Assembly: GCA_963771775.1 (NCBI GenBank)
Contig: CAVYUS010000014.1
Coordinates: 63,457 to 127,456 of the forward strand
Origin: an uncultured Actinomycetota bacterium
GTDB lineage: Bacteria; Actinomycetota; Actinomycetes; Mycobacteriales; Pseudonocardiaceae
DNA: 64,000 nucleotides
Direction: 5' to 3'
Below the pieces are notes generated by a model that ran no database searches, was not told where the DNA came from, and worked only from the letters and a program-made list of their open reading frames with translations. Position numbers and translations under genes: made by a program. Of this stretch, positions 41,448-51,731 are shown one piece after another; positions within the stretch are counted from its first letter, which is position 1; the number at the start of each line of letters is the position of its first letter.

Positions 41448-42683
41448 ACCGAGTCGCTCGGTTTCGGGTTCGCGAGCCCGAACAACGGCCGCAACCGCAA
41501 CCCGATCCATGTGCCGCCGAGCGCGAACACGCCCCACAGCCACCCGTGCAGCGACCCGACGGAGATGCCGCCGAGGTACGCGCCGATGTTGCAGCCACCG
41601 GCGAGCCGGGCCCCGATGCCCATCAGCACACCTCCCAGCACGGCCGCGAGAGCCGTGCGCCACGGAATCGTGCTGTGAATCTTCCACGCTCCGGCCGCCG
41701 CCGCAGCGAGAGCCGCGCCGATCATGATGCCGATGTTGGTCAGCGACGTCTTGTCCGTCCAGATCGGAGCGGCGAGAGCCTTCGCGTTGGACGGTGTCTG
41801 CCAGAACTCCCACGCCTCCGGGTGCAGCCCGAACAGCTGCACCAGCTTCGCGCCCCACAGCGCGAACGCGAACGTGACGCCCCAGATGCCGCCGGACACC
41901 AGGAACACCGCCGCCGCCAGCACACCCAGCACCACCGCGCCGACCAGGATCGGCCACGAGCCGCGAACCACCCGCGCGAACCCGCGGGCGGACGGCACCA
42001 CGTCGGCCGGCGGCGGGTTGCGACGGCGCTTGCACCAGCCGGGTCGCCGAGCACGATGAGCCCCAGCAAGGCGATCGTGATCAGCCACGAGCCCCACCAG
42101 CCGACGTGCTCGGACAGCACCACGGCCGGGAACGCCGGCCAGCCGTCGAACAGCGGGAAGGCCCACGTGTAGAGCACGGATCCGGCGATGAAGCCGAACA
42201 GGGTCAGCACGATCGTGGACTGGCCGGAACCGACCGCGAACAACGTGCCGGACGCGCACGCGCCGCCGAGCTGCATGCCGATCGCGAACAGCACCGCACC
42301 CACCAGCAGCGCCAGTCCCAAGCGGGCTGCCGACGGCCTTGGGGACCGAGCCGAACAGGCCCGTAGCCCGTCGAGATGATCAACGCGATCAACGTGGCGG
42401 CCGTGCCGAGGAGAAGGGTGTGGGCGCGGAGGCCCTCGCCGTTGCCGACGGCGATCAGCTGACGCCACGCGGAGGTGAAACCGAAGCGGGAGTGGAACAG
42501 AGCCAGGCCCAGCGCCAGGCCGAGGACCAGCAGTACGCCCTGTTTCGCGCCGTAGGAGGCCCACACGAACCAGGTGAGGCCGACCGCCAGGAGCCCGGCG
42601 ACGACGAGCGGGACGGTGCGGACCGGTTCCTCGGGTGCGGGAACCGGTGCCGCGCAGGATGTCGGGAAATACCTCGTTGTCAC
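41441..42683 (-). CDS. YeeE/YedE sulfur (thiosulfate) transporter; frameshifts near 42030 and 42320-42360
   Basis: SRFGFTSAW, GMQLGGACASG, GARLAGGCNIGA pieces in three frames. Confidence 0.8.
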
Positions 42684-42703
42684 CGGGACTCCTCAGCGCC
42701 GTG

Positions 42704-42907
42704 CTAGTTGGGGATGATGTAGTTCGGGGCCTTGACGATCGACTCGATCAGGCCGAAGACCGGGATGCCCAGCGGCGCGGTCGTCCACTTGTCGGTGAGG
42801 CCACTGGTGTCCGGCTTGTCCACGACAACGGGGTCAGCGAGCGCGGGCGAGGCGAAACCGGCCAGCACGGCACCGCTCAGCACGGCCGCCGCAACGATCT
42901 TCTTCAT
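42704..42907 (-). CDS. Small secreted protein (67 aa)
   Basis: GAAAGGAA RBS; MKKIVAAAV...ALA signal peptide. Confidence 0.7.
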   Translation of the reverse strand: MKKIVAAAVLSGAVLAGFASPALADPVVVDKPDTSGLTDKWTTAPLGIPVFGLIESIVKAPNYIIPN

Positions 42908-42935
42908 GGAATTTCCTTTCGTGGTAGGAGAAAAC

Positions 42936-43076
42936 TCAGCCGCCGACGAGCTTGAGCAGCTCGAAGATCGGGGCCAGTGCCGCGGGAACACCGACGGCCG
43001 GGTCGAGGACCGGGCCGAGGTCGAGGCCCGGCAGGACCCAGATCGGGGTGGTCTCGGTGAGGAACTGCGCTGCCAT
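42936..43076 (-). CDS. 46 aa hydrophobic small protein, absent from the ORF track
   Basis: GAAGGAGA RBS; MAAQFLTETTPIWVLPGLDLGPVLDPAVGVPAALAPIFELLKLVGG*; GC3-biased codons. Confidence 0.65.
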   Translation of the reverse strand: MAAQFLTETTPIWVLPGLDLGPVLDPAVGVPAALAPIFELLKLVGG

Positions 43077-43085
43077 GTCTCTCCT

Positions 43086-44705
43086 TCAGCTGAGCACCGG
43101 GCTGACCGGTACGACGGTGGCTTTCGGGACCCATTGCCCCGCCAGCTCTTCCTGCATGGGCATGCCGGGACCGTGCGCCTCGCCCGGCCCCATGGGCATC
43201 GCGGTCACCTGGGCGACCGCGTAGATCTGGACCTGGTCACCGGTGGACCGGCCGCCGAGCCACGACCGGAACCCGGCGGGCGTCGGGTTCGCGCCACCGA
43301 ACCCGCTGCCGATCTCGATCGCGTAGCCGATCGGCAGCTGCTCGCGCGGGTCGAACCGCAGTGGCACGGCCAACGTGGTCACCGAGGTCGCTATGGGGGT
43401 CGTCAGCAACCACGGCGCGACGTACAGGCCGTGCGGGTACACCGGGTTCTCCGCCTGCTCGACGCCCGCCCGTGACAACGCCTTGTGCGCCTCCGACCAG
43501 CCGGACAGCACGACCAGCGCGTCACCGGAGTCCTTGACCTCCAGGCCGGAACGCACCAGCGCGGCGGCCCGCACCCCGCGAGGTGTGGCGTCCGAGACGA
43601 GCCGGACGCTGCGGACACCCCTGTCCTTCAGGAACGTCACCAGCTTGGTCAGCGAGTCGGCGTCCTCAGTGGACAGTTCGTCGGCCGGGCACGACGTCAG
43701 CACGTCCCGCCGGCCACTCACGAGCCCGCCGAGGGCCGCGGTGGCGCACTCGACGTCCGCCGCCGGACCAGGTGCCGTTCCGGTGTCGAACGAGACCTCG
43801 AAGTCGTCCTGGACCGAAGATCCGGAGGACACCGTGATCTCGCCACGTCCGGCAGGCAGGTCGACCAGCGCCCACGTGCCGTCCGCACCGGCAGCAGGCA
43901 CGGCCGGCACCTCGGGTCCGTCCCCGACCCGTACCTGGTGGTTCCCGGACGGGAAGTGCACCAGGTTGGGGCCGGGCCGGTGCGGGCTGATCAGCACCGG
44001 AGACCGTCCGGCCGAAGCCAGCACCGGAACTCCCGGCACGGGCAGCTCCTGCGGAGCGGGGATCGCGGCCAGCCCGCTCCAGGCGAGCAGCCCGGCCGTG
44101 ACCGCAAGCGTGCCGTACCGGCGAATACCAAGTGCTGCCAACGGAAGCAGCACCACGGCGACGAGTCCGGCGCCGAGCACCGTCTCGTACACCCTGCGGT
44201 CGAACGCGAGCCCGGACGACACCAGCCGGACCAGGCCGGCCAGTGCCAGCACCGCGCCCAGCGACAGCGCGTGCTGACGAGCGCGGGCCGAGTCCGACAG
44301 AGCCAGCGCGACCCACGCGACCGCGCCGGCCACGTAGACGGTGTTGGCCACCAGCAAAAGGCCGGAGTCCCCCACAGAGGTCTCGATCACCAGCAGCAGC
44401 GTCAACGCGCCCGCCACCCACCTGACAGCGGGCTTGCCCAGCAAGACCGGCACAAGAGCCACCAGCACTCCGTGCGCCAGCGCGCCCAGCACGTGCGCGT
44501 CGAAAGCCACCAGCGACACCACGACGAGCCCGATGCCCAGCGCCGCGAGTGCGAAGTTCGCGGCCCTCAACCACTTCGGGCCGCCGACCGCCAGACCGGA
44601 GCCCGCGACGAGCGCCGACACCAGCAGCAGTGCGAGCCGCAGCACGACCGCCCAGACCGAAACGCCGGTCAGCGCGGCGTCGAAACCTCCGTGGGGATGA
44701 TCCAT
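43086..44705 (-). CDS. Polytopic membrane protein with soluble C-terminal domain (CopD-like topology, unverified)
   Basis: About 8 TM segments, N-terminal DHPH, PHRPGPNLVH, Met/His-rich tail; TAATG coupling to upstream gene. Confidence 0.55.
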   Translation of the reverse strand: MDHPHGGFDAALTGVSVWAVVLRLALLLVSALVAGSGLAVGGPKWLRAANFALAALGIGLVVVSLVAFDAHVLGALAHGVLVALVPVLLGKPAVRWVAGALTLLLVIETSVGDSGLLLVANTVYVAGAVAWVALALSDSARARQHALSLGAVLALAGLVRLVSSGLAFDRRVYETVLGAGLVAVVLLPLAALGIRRYGTLAVTAGLLAWSGLAAIPAPQELPVPGVPVLASAGRSPVLISPHRPGPNLVHFPSGNHQVRVGDGPEVPAVPAAGADGTWALVDLPAGRGEITVSSGSSVQDDFEVSFDTGTAPGPAADVECATAALGGLVSGRRDVLTSCPADELSTEDADSLTKLVTFLKDRGVRSVRLVSDATPRGVRAAALVRSGLEVKDSGDALVVLSGWSEAHKALSRAGVEQAENPVYPHGLYVAPWLLTTPIATSVTTLAVPLRFDPREQLPIGYAIEIGSGFGGANPTPAGFRSWLGGRSTGDQVQIYAVAQVTAMPMGPGEAHGPGMPMQEELAGQWVPKATVVPVSPVLS

Positions 44706-46529
44706 TACTTCACGTCCGCATCCGAGATCACGAACAGCTCCGAGTGCGGCTTCGCGTTGCCGAACGGGCCGTGCGGCCAGTCCTTGCGGTTGAAGTTGAT
44801 ACCGACCTGGCCGGAGAACTCGTCCTTGAACGTGGTGTCCAGCGTGAGCTGACCGGCGGGACCGATCTTCACGATGTTGACCTTGTGGTCACCGTCGAGG
44901 CCGGTGCGGGCGACGAAGTAGTTCGAGACCGCGAGCCGCTGGGGCGAGCTGATCTCGTGGTAGTACCCGTCCGCGCCGAGCTCGAAGTTGTCGTACGCGC
45001 CCCAGTGCGGACCCGCGGCCGGCGTGCCGGGGTTGATCGGGACGGCACCCGCGAGCGTCGGGCAGTCGGACTCGGCGCCGCCGTTCTGCGCCTCCGCCAG
45101 CGTGTCGATGCGGCACTGGAACGACGGTGCCCGCGGCCAGCAGCTTCTCGATGTTCAGCACGTACACGCCACCGGTGGTGCCGGGGTCGTTCGGGCCGAG
45201 CGCGCCCTTGCCCCGTCCGGAGATCGCGCGGTACAGGTACTTGTCGTCCGGGCGAGGTCTGGATCCAGCCACCGTTCGAACCGCCACCGTTCGAATCGTT
45301 GCCCGGCGTGGATCGCCTTGCCGGCCGACACCGTCGTCGAACACCTCGTACCAGTGCGGCTGCTGCGGCCGTGATGTCCGGCGTGTAGTGCACCGCGCCG
45401 CCCTGCATGGTCTGGGCGAACGCGCCCTTGTGCCCCGGCAGGTTCGTCACCGTCGTCTCCATGACCGCGCGGCTCTCCTGCGTGCAGCGGGTCGGCGGGA
45501 TCGGAGCGGGGACCGTTCTGCAGGTAGCGACACCGCCTTGAGCTTCGGGGCGTTGCGGTCGGAGATGTCCCACGTGCGGACCGTCGGGCGGCGCAGGTAC
45601 GGCGAGGGCGCCTTGACCGGGTCGAGGATGATGTTGCGCGGTTCGGCGTAGTCACTGGTGACGAGCGATGTTCAGGTCCTCGCGGGCCTGGATGCCGTGC
45701 GGGTTCGCGCACGGTCGGCGTGCCCAGCCTGCGGCAGGTTCGCGCACAGCTTCTCGTCGTCGCCCTGCGGTGTCGCCGCCGACGCCTGCGACAGCACCTT
45801 GCCGTCTCGGTCGAACCGCACGCAACGCACCGGGCGAGCCCGCGAAACCGTTGCCCACCACGGTCTGCCCGTTGGCGTAGGTGTACGGGCCGGGCACCAC
45901 GGGGCCGCCCATGTAGGTGCCGTAGGCCGTGCCGTCCTTCAACGTCCAGTAGGCGTCCGGCACCGACCCGCCGAGCGTGTTCGTCGGCAGGCTGATTCCC
46001 TTGAGCTTCAAGCGCAGGCAGCGCGCTCACGTCGAACGCGTAGGTGGCGGCTGCGAACAGCGCGCCCGCGTAGATCGTGTCGCCCTTGTGCCACACGTAC
46101 TGCATGTGGTGCGGCTCGTTCTCGACCAGCGGGCCGACGGTCGCGGTGTTGACGACCTTGCCGTAGCTGGGCGAGCCCTCGGTCGCGTCGATGACCGCGA
46201 GGAAGTCGGGTCCCGGCAGCGCGTTGGTGACCTTGCCGAGCCCGCCGGTCAGGGAACCGGGCAGGTTCTTGAGGTCCTTGACGAGCGTGTCCGCGATGTT
46301 CTCGTCTCCGGCCCAGACGAGAAGCCACTTCTTACGCGCCGGTGCTCAGCGTTTGTGCCTGCTGGGTGAGGTGGTTCTTCACCCAGTACTGCTTGCCGTC
46401 CGATGCCGTCTTGCTGTCGACGGACGTCTGCACATCGGCGTAGGCGGGGGAGTTGTCCCCGCTGGCCGTGACCACACCGGCCGCGAGTACCGCGACTGCG
46501 GCTCCGGCCATCGTTTTTCGCCATCGCAT
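44705..46529 (-). pseudogene. Secreted selenium-binding protein (SBP56)/methanethiol oxidase-like beta-propeller, multiply frameshifted in this sequence
   Basis: Signal peptide; PDFLAVIDATEGSPSYGKVV...EPHHMQY; NPHGIQ; C-terminal DWPHG..NAKPH; several frame changes between 45100 and 46330. Confidence 0.7.
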
Positions 46530-46769
46530 TGCGTTCTCTCCTTTTGGGCACGCCAAATGAGCCCGATGTCTCGAATGGAAACGAAAAGCGCTCAGAGGGA
46601 GCGACAGAGTGCGCTGGCCTGCAGACACAGGTCCACGTGAAGCCGCTCCACCAGGACGGGGCCGCTGTGCATGCGACTGAGGATCTCGATAGTCGACTGA
46701 TGTTGTCAACGCGGACCACAGGGTGAGAACAAAAGCGAATATCGGTTAAGGGATTATCTCTGCACCCGA

Positions 46770-47357
46770 GTGATTGATTTGTCGTGTGATTTGTATCAGT
46801 CGGCTTACCTTGTCGAAAGTACAGGTCCGACCGGTTCCGATCGGCAGAGGCGCCCGAACCCGCGGGTTCGTAGCTTCGGCTGGGTGACTTGGCTTGTGGT
46901 GGGCACCGACGCGGTGCTGGTCGTATTCGTGCTGATGTTCGCCTGGCTGTTTCTGCACCACCGGTTGCGGGCGTTGCTCGCCGGTGCCGGTGTGGTGGTG
47001 GCCTACGCGGTCAGCGAGGTGATCAAGCTTGTGGTGCGGGAAGAACGGCCTTGCCGCACCGCGCCTTCGCTGGCGCAGTGCCCGGAACCGGGCGACTGGT
47101 CGTTTCCCAGCAACCACTCGGTGATCGCCGGGTCGTCCGCGATGGCGATCTGGGCGATGCACCGGACGCTCGGCTGGGTGGCGGCGGTGTGCGCGCTGTC
47201 GGCGGCGGCTTCCCGGGTCGTGGTCGGTGTCCACTATGTACACGACGTGCTGGCGGGACTGGTGCTCGGAGCGCTCGTGTCGTGGGGAATCGCGGTGCTG
47301 CTCAGGAAGAAGCAGCGGGACGAGGCGCCGACCGTGGTGTTCAGCCGGCTGCGATGA
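46770..47357 (+). CDS. PAP2 family phosphatase (start uncertain)
   Basis: K....EERP, SFPSNH, SRVVVGVHYVHDV. Confidence 0.85.
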   Translation: MIDLSCDLYQSAYLVESTGPTGSDRQRRPNPRVRSFGWVTWLVVGTDAVLVVFVLMFAWLFLHHRLRALLAGAGVVVAYAVSEVIKLVVREERPCRTAPSLAQCPEPGDWSFPSNHSVIAGSSAMAIWAMHRTLGWVAAVCALSAAASRVVVGVHYVHDVLAGLVLGALVSWGIAVLLRKKQRDEAPTVVFSRLR

Positions 47358-48835
47358 TGGGTGCCGTGCGGGTTCGGCTGATCTTGTGGGTGTGCGCGGC
47401 GGTGCCGGTGGTGGCGGCGGCCGCGACATCGAGAGCAGGCCGGCTCGCCGTCTGGGAGGTCGTGCTCTACCTCGCGGTGCTCGCCGTGGCGTTCGCGGTG
47501 GTGCGCAAGCGGCCCGCGGTGGCGCTGGGGTCCGCGCTCGGGGCGTGGCTGGTCTGCTATCTCGTGCGGGTCGAGCTCGACAGCACCACCGGCTTGATCG
47601 CGCTGGCGCCCGCGCTGGCGGTCACGAGCTTTCTCGCCGGACGGCACGCGCGGGATCCGCGCGCGACGGCGATCGCCCTGGCGGTGGCCGAGATCGCCGG
47701 GGTCGTGGTGGCGCTGACCGAACGCGGCGGCTCGGACACCGCGCTCGCCGTCACGTCCGGCATCGGCGTACTCGGCGTGGTGCCGTGGACGGTCGGGCGG
47801 TTCCGGCGCCGGTACGCCGACCTCCAGGAGGTCGGCTGGGAGCACGCGGCGTTGCTGGAACGCGACGCCGACAATGCCCGCGACGCCGAACGGGCGCGGC
47901 TGGCCGGGGAGATGCACGACCTGGTCGGGCACGAGCTGGCGCGGGCCGCGTTGCTCGTCGGTGCGCTGGAGCTGGAACCGACGCTCACGCCCCAGCAGCG
48001 CGAGGCCGCGAAGACCGCGCGGGCGAGCGTCACCGCCGCCGCAGAACGGCTCGCTGACGTCATGCAGGTGCTGCGCGCCGACGAGGACGAACCGGTGGCG
48101 ACGATCGAGGAGGTCGTCCAGCGCAGCGGTCTCGATGCCGAACTCGTCAACCGCCGCACCGAACCCGTCGACGGAATCATCGCGCGCACGGTGCACCGGG
48201 TGGTCGCCGAAGCGCTGACCAACGTGATCAAGCACGCTCCCGGCGCCTGGGTCCGCGTCGAGCTGAGCGAACAGCTCGAACTGCGGATCACCAACGGCCC
48301 AGCGCCCAGCACTCCCGCCGTGGGCAGCGGGAAGGGACTGGTGGGCCTCGCCGAACGCGTCGCGCTCGTCGGCGGCCGGTTCGACGCCGGGGCAACGCGG
48401 GACGGCGGGTTCGAGGTCAGGGCGACACTGCCGGAACGACCCTTGCCCCGCACCACGCCCACGCACGTGCGCCGGCGGAGCACCGAGGAAGAGATCAGGA
48501 AAAGTGCGCGGACGACGGTGCTGATCACGTCCGCGGTGTGCACGCTGATCGCGGTCGGCGTGCCGGGCTACATGGTGTTCGACGCCGCTTCTTCCGTGCT
48601 CACACCGGAACAGTTCGCGCGGGCACAGCTCGGCCGGGAGGAGGACGGGCTGGAGCTGCCGTTGCGCACGCGGGTCGACAACCCGCTCGGCGTGAAGGCA
48701 CCGAACGGCGCCGAGTGCCGGTACTACAGCACGCACGCCAACCCGTTCGACCACGAGCGCCATGACCTGCACCAGCTGTGCTTCCGGAATGATCGGCTGA
48801 TGTACAAGGAGTTCCTGCCGAGGAGGTCCGGTTGA
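47354..48835 (+). CDS. Sensor histidine kinase with extra C-terminal TM and extracellular domain
   Basis: ERARLAGEMHDLVGH, EALTNVIKHA, GKGLVGL; C-terminal TM plus CRYY...LCF. Confidence 0.88.
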   Translation: MMGAVRVRLILWVCAAVPVVAAAATSRAGRLAVWEVVLYLAVLAVAFAVVRKRPAVALGSALGAWLVCYLVRVELDSTTGLIALAPALAVTSFLAGRHARDPRATAIALAVAEIAGVVVALTERGGSDTALAVTSGIGVLGVVPWTVGRFRRRYADLQEVGWEHAALLERDADNARDAERARLAGEMHDLVGHELARAALLVGALELEPTLTPQQREAAKTARASVTAAAERLADVMQVLRADEDEPVATIEEVVQRSGLDAELVNRRTEPVDGIIARTVHRVVAEALTNVIKHAPGAWVRVELSEQLELRITNGPAPSTPAVGSGKGLVGLAERVALVGGRFDAGATRDGGFEVRATLPERPLPRTTPTHVRRRSTEEEIRKSARTTVLITSAVCTLIAVGVPGYMVFDAASSVLTPEQFARAQLGREEDGLELPLRTRVDNPLGVKAPNGAECRYYSTHANPFDHERHDLHQLCFRNDRLMYKEFLPRRSG

Positions 48836-49479
48836 TCCGGGTGATGCTCGCCGACGACGAACCCGTCGTGCGGTTCGGCGTCAAGGCCGTGCTCGCGACC
48901 GCCGGCGACATCGAGGTGGTCGCCGAGGCGGAGGACGGGAGCGCCGCGCTGGACGCCGTCGCCCGGCACCGCCCGGACGTCGCGGTGCTCGACATCCGGA
49001 TGCCGCGGCTCGACGGCTTGGACGCGGCGAACCGGATTCGCGAGCGCCACCCGGACACGAAGACGTTGGTGCTGACGACATTCGCCGACGACGCGTACAT
49101 CACCAGGGCACTCGGCGAGGGCGCGGCCGGGTTCGTGCTCAAGACCGGCGACCCGCAGGAGATCATCGCCGGCGTGCGGGCCGTCGCGTCCGGTGCCGCC
49201 TACCTGTCTCCCCTGGTGGCCAAACGGGTGGTGGACCGGCTCGCGCACGCACACCCGCGGCCGGGCGCGACGGAGCGGATCAGGACGCTCACCGCGCGGG
49301 AACGCGAGGTGCTCGGTCTCGTCGGCGCCGGCCTGTCCAACGCCGAGATCGCCCGTCGCATCCACGTCGTCGAGGGGACCGTGAAGGTGTACGTCAGCAC
49401 CATTCTCCGGCAGCTGGACGTCCGCAACCGCGTTCAGGCGGCGATCATCGCGCACGAAGCGGGTCTCATCCCCGGCTGA
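48832..49479 (+). CDS. NarL/LuxR-family response regulator
   Basis: LADDE, LDIRMP, GFVLK, LTAREREVL. Confidence 0.92.
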   Translation: MIRVMLADDEPVVRFGVKAVLATAGDIEVVAEAEDGSAALDAVARHRPDVAVLDIRMPRLDGLDAANRIRERHPDTKTLVLTTFADDAYITRALGEGAAGFVLKTGDPQEIIAGVRAVASGAAYLSPLVAKRVVDRLAHAHPRPGATERIRTLTAREREVLGLVGAGLSNAEIARRIHVVEGTVKVYVSTILRQLDVRNRVQAAIIAHEAGLIPG

Positions 49480-49482
49480 GCG

Positions 49483-51063
49483 TCAGGTCTTCGTGCCGAT
49501 GCCCGCGATCGCCCGGACCTCCATCTCGGCGGCCAGTTCGGCCATCTCCGGCTCCGGCTTCGAGAAGATCGTGCCGAGGTAACCGCAGATGAACGAGAAC
49601 GGGATCGACACGAGACCGGGGTTGCCGAGCGGGAACCAGGCGAAGTCGACGTCCGGGAAGATCGCCGTCTTCGAGCCGGACATCACCGGCGAGAAGATGA
49701 TCAGCGTCAGGCACGAGCCGAGACCGCCGTAGATGCTCCACAGCGTGCCGGTGGTGTTGAAGCGCCGCCAGAAGATCGTGAAGAGGATCGTCGACAGGTT
49801 CGCCGACGCCGCCAGCGCCAGGGCCAGCGACACGAGGAACGCCACGTTCTGCCCGTTGGCCGCGATGCCGCCGAAGATCGACAGCACGCCGACGACCACG
49901 GCGGTCAGCCGGGCGACCCGGATCTCCCTGCGCGGCTCGGCGTTGCCCCGCTTGATCACGTTCGCGTAGACGTCGTGCGCGAACGAGGCCGACGCCGCCA
50001 GCGTCAGACCCGCGACGACCGCGAGGATCGTGGCGAAGGCGACGGCGGACACGATGCCCAGCAGTACGGCGCCACCGATCCGGAACGCCAGCAGCGGGGC
50101 GGCGGAGTTCTCGCCACCCGGTGCCGCGGCGATGGTCTCGGAGCCGACCAGGGCCATCGCGCCGAAGCCGATCACCAGCGTGCAGAGGTAGAAGATGACC
50201 ATCGTCCAGGTCGCCCACACGACCGAACGACGGGCTTCCGAGGCGTTCGGCACGGTGTAGAAGCGCATCAGCACGTGCGGCAGCGACGCGATGCCGAGCA
50301 CCAGCGACAGCGCCAGCGAGACGAAGTCCAGTTTGGACATCGTGCTGATCCCGTACTTGGCGCCGGGGTCGAGCACGGCCTCGCCGAGCTTGTTGTTCTC
50401 GGTGGCCGCCTGCATGATCGCGGACAGGCTGAAGCCGAACTTCCCGAGCAGGAAGACGCTCATCAGCGTCACGCAGAGCAGCAGCAGGACGGCCTTGATG
50501 ATCTGCACCCAGGTGGTGCCCTTCATGCCGCCGACCAGCACGTAGAGCACCATGACCATGCCGACCACCGCGATCAGCAGCGCCTGTCCCCACTTCGAGG
50601 ACACGTTGAGCAGCAACGCGATCAGGCCGCCGGCGCCGGCCATCTGCGCGATCATGTAGAAGAACGAGATCACCAGGGTGGCGTTCGCCGCGGCCGCGCG
50701 GACCGGGCGCTGCTTCATCCGGAACGCCAGCACGTCGCCGACGGTGAAGCGGCCGGTGTTGCGCAGGCCCTCGGCGATCAGCAGCAGGCCGACCAGCCAC
50801 GCGACGACCCAGCCGACGGAGTAGAGGAAGCCGTCGTAGCCGTGCGCCGCGATGCCGCCGGAGATGCCGAGGAACGACGCGGCGGACAGGAAGTCACCGG
50901 ACAGCGCCACGCCGTTCTGGGCGCCCGTGAACGAGCTGCCCGCGGCGTAGTAGTCCGACGCCGTGACGTTGCGGCTGCTGGCGCGGTAGACGATGTAGAG
51001 GGTGATCAGGACGAACACCGCGAAGACGCTGAGGTTCAGCACCGGGTTGCCGGTGGTGGGCAT
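49483..51063 (-). CDS. actP: Cation/acetate (monocarboxylate) symporter, SSS family
   Basis: QNGVALSGDFLSAASFLG, GGMKGTTWVQIIKA, LPHVLMRFYTVP, FATILAVVAGL. Confidence 0.88.
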   Translation of the reverse strand: MPTTGNPVLNLSVFAVFVLITLYIVYRASSRNVTASDYYAAGSSFTGAQNGVALSGDFLSAASFLGISGGIAAHGYDGFLYSVGWVVAWLVGLLLIAEGLRNTGRFTVGDVLAFRMKQRPVRAAAANATLVISFFYMIAQMAGAGGLIALLLNVSSKWGQALLIAVVGMVMVLYVLVGGMKGTTWVQIIKAVLLLLCVTLMSVFLLGKFGFSLSAIMQAATENNKLGEAVLDPGAKYGISTMSKLDFVSLALSLVLGIASLPHVLMRFYTVPNASEARRSVVWATWTMVIFYLCTLVIGFGAMALVGSETIAAAPGGENSAAPLLAFRIGGAVLLGIVSAVAFATILAVVAGLTLAASASFAHDVYANVIKRGNAEPRREIRVARLTAVVVGVLSIFGGIAANGQNVAFLVSLALALAASANLSTILFTIFWRRFNTTGTLWSIYGGLGSCLTLIIFSPVMSGSKTAIFPDVDFAWFPLGNPGLVSIPFSFICGYLGTIFSKPEPEMAELAAEMEVRAIAGIGTKT

Positions 51064-51066
51064 GCC

Positions 51067-51477
51067 TTACTCCTCGACGCCTGTCATCTCGGCGAGCAAT
51101 TTGCGCTGCGGGTCCAGCCGTCGCTTTGCGTAACGGGCGTAGCCGAGCGTGATGATGATCGACGTCACGAACTGTCCCAGGCCGAGCAGGATCCCGAGGT
51201 TGATCACACCGATTACCTTGATGCTGACGATGTCTTTCGCATACGCGGACAGCAGTACGAATGTCAAGTAGGACGCGAGGAACAACACGGTCATCGGGAA
51301 GATGAACATCGTGAGTCGCCGGCGGAGTGCGCGGAATTCGTCGGTCTGCCGAATCAGCTCGAAGTTCGGGTTGCCGCTCGAATCGACGTACGACAAAGTG
51401 GCGGGCTCGTCGAACGACGCGAAACCCCGCATTTCCTCGTGCTGTGTTTCTCCAGGCGACCACACCGCCTTGGTCAT
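51067..51477 (-). CDS. DUF485 (YjcH-like) membrane protein
   Basis: EFRALRRR, INLGILLGLGQF, YARYA; upstream of actP. Confidence 0.85.
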   Translation of the reverse strand: MTKAVWSPGETQHEEMRGFASFDEPATLSYVDSSGNPNFELIRQTDEFRALRRRLTMFIFPMTVLFLASYLTFVLLSAYAKDIVSIKVIGVINLGILLGLGQFVTSIIITLGYARYAKRRLDPQRKLLAEMTGVEE

Positions 51478-51731
51478 GTACTCCCGCCCCTCTGCGTGCG
51501 GCGACCACTGTAGCGCGCTCGCGTGTGTGGTCAACGCGCCCGGGTACCGGAAAACGGGCCAAACCGGACGCTGCATTCGTCTCAAATGGTCGGACCCGAG
51601 GGTAGCTCATCTGTGATGGCCAGCGGATATGCGGCAGACAACACGGATCGGACAGGTTTTGACCGTTGTCGCACGTGTGCACCTGGCCTAGGATCATCCG
51701 GTCCGCGTATTTATGACGGTTGGGGATAGTA

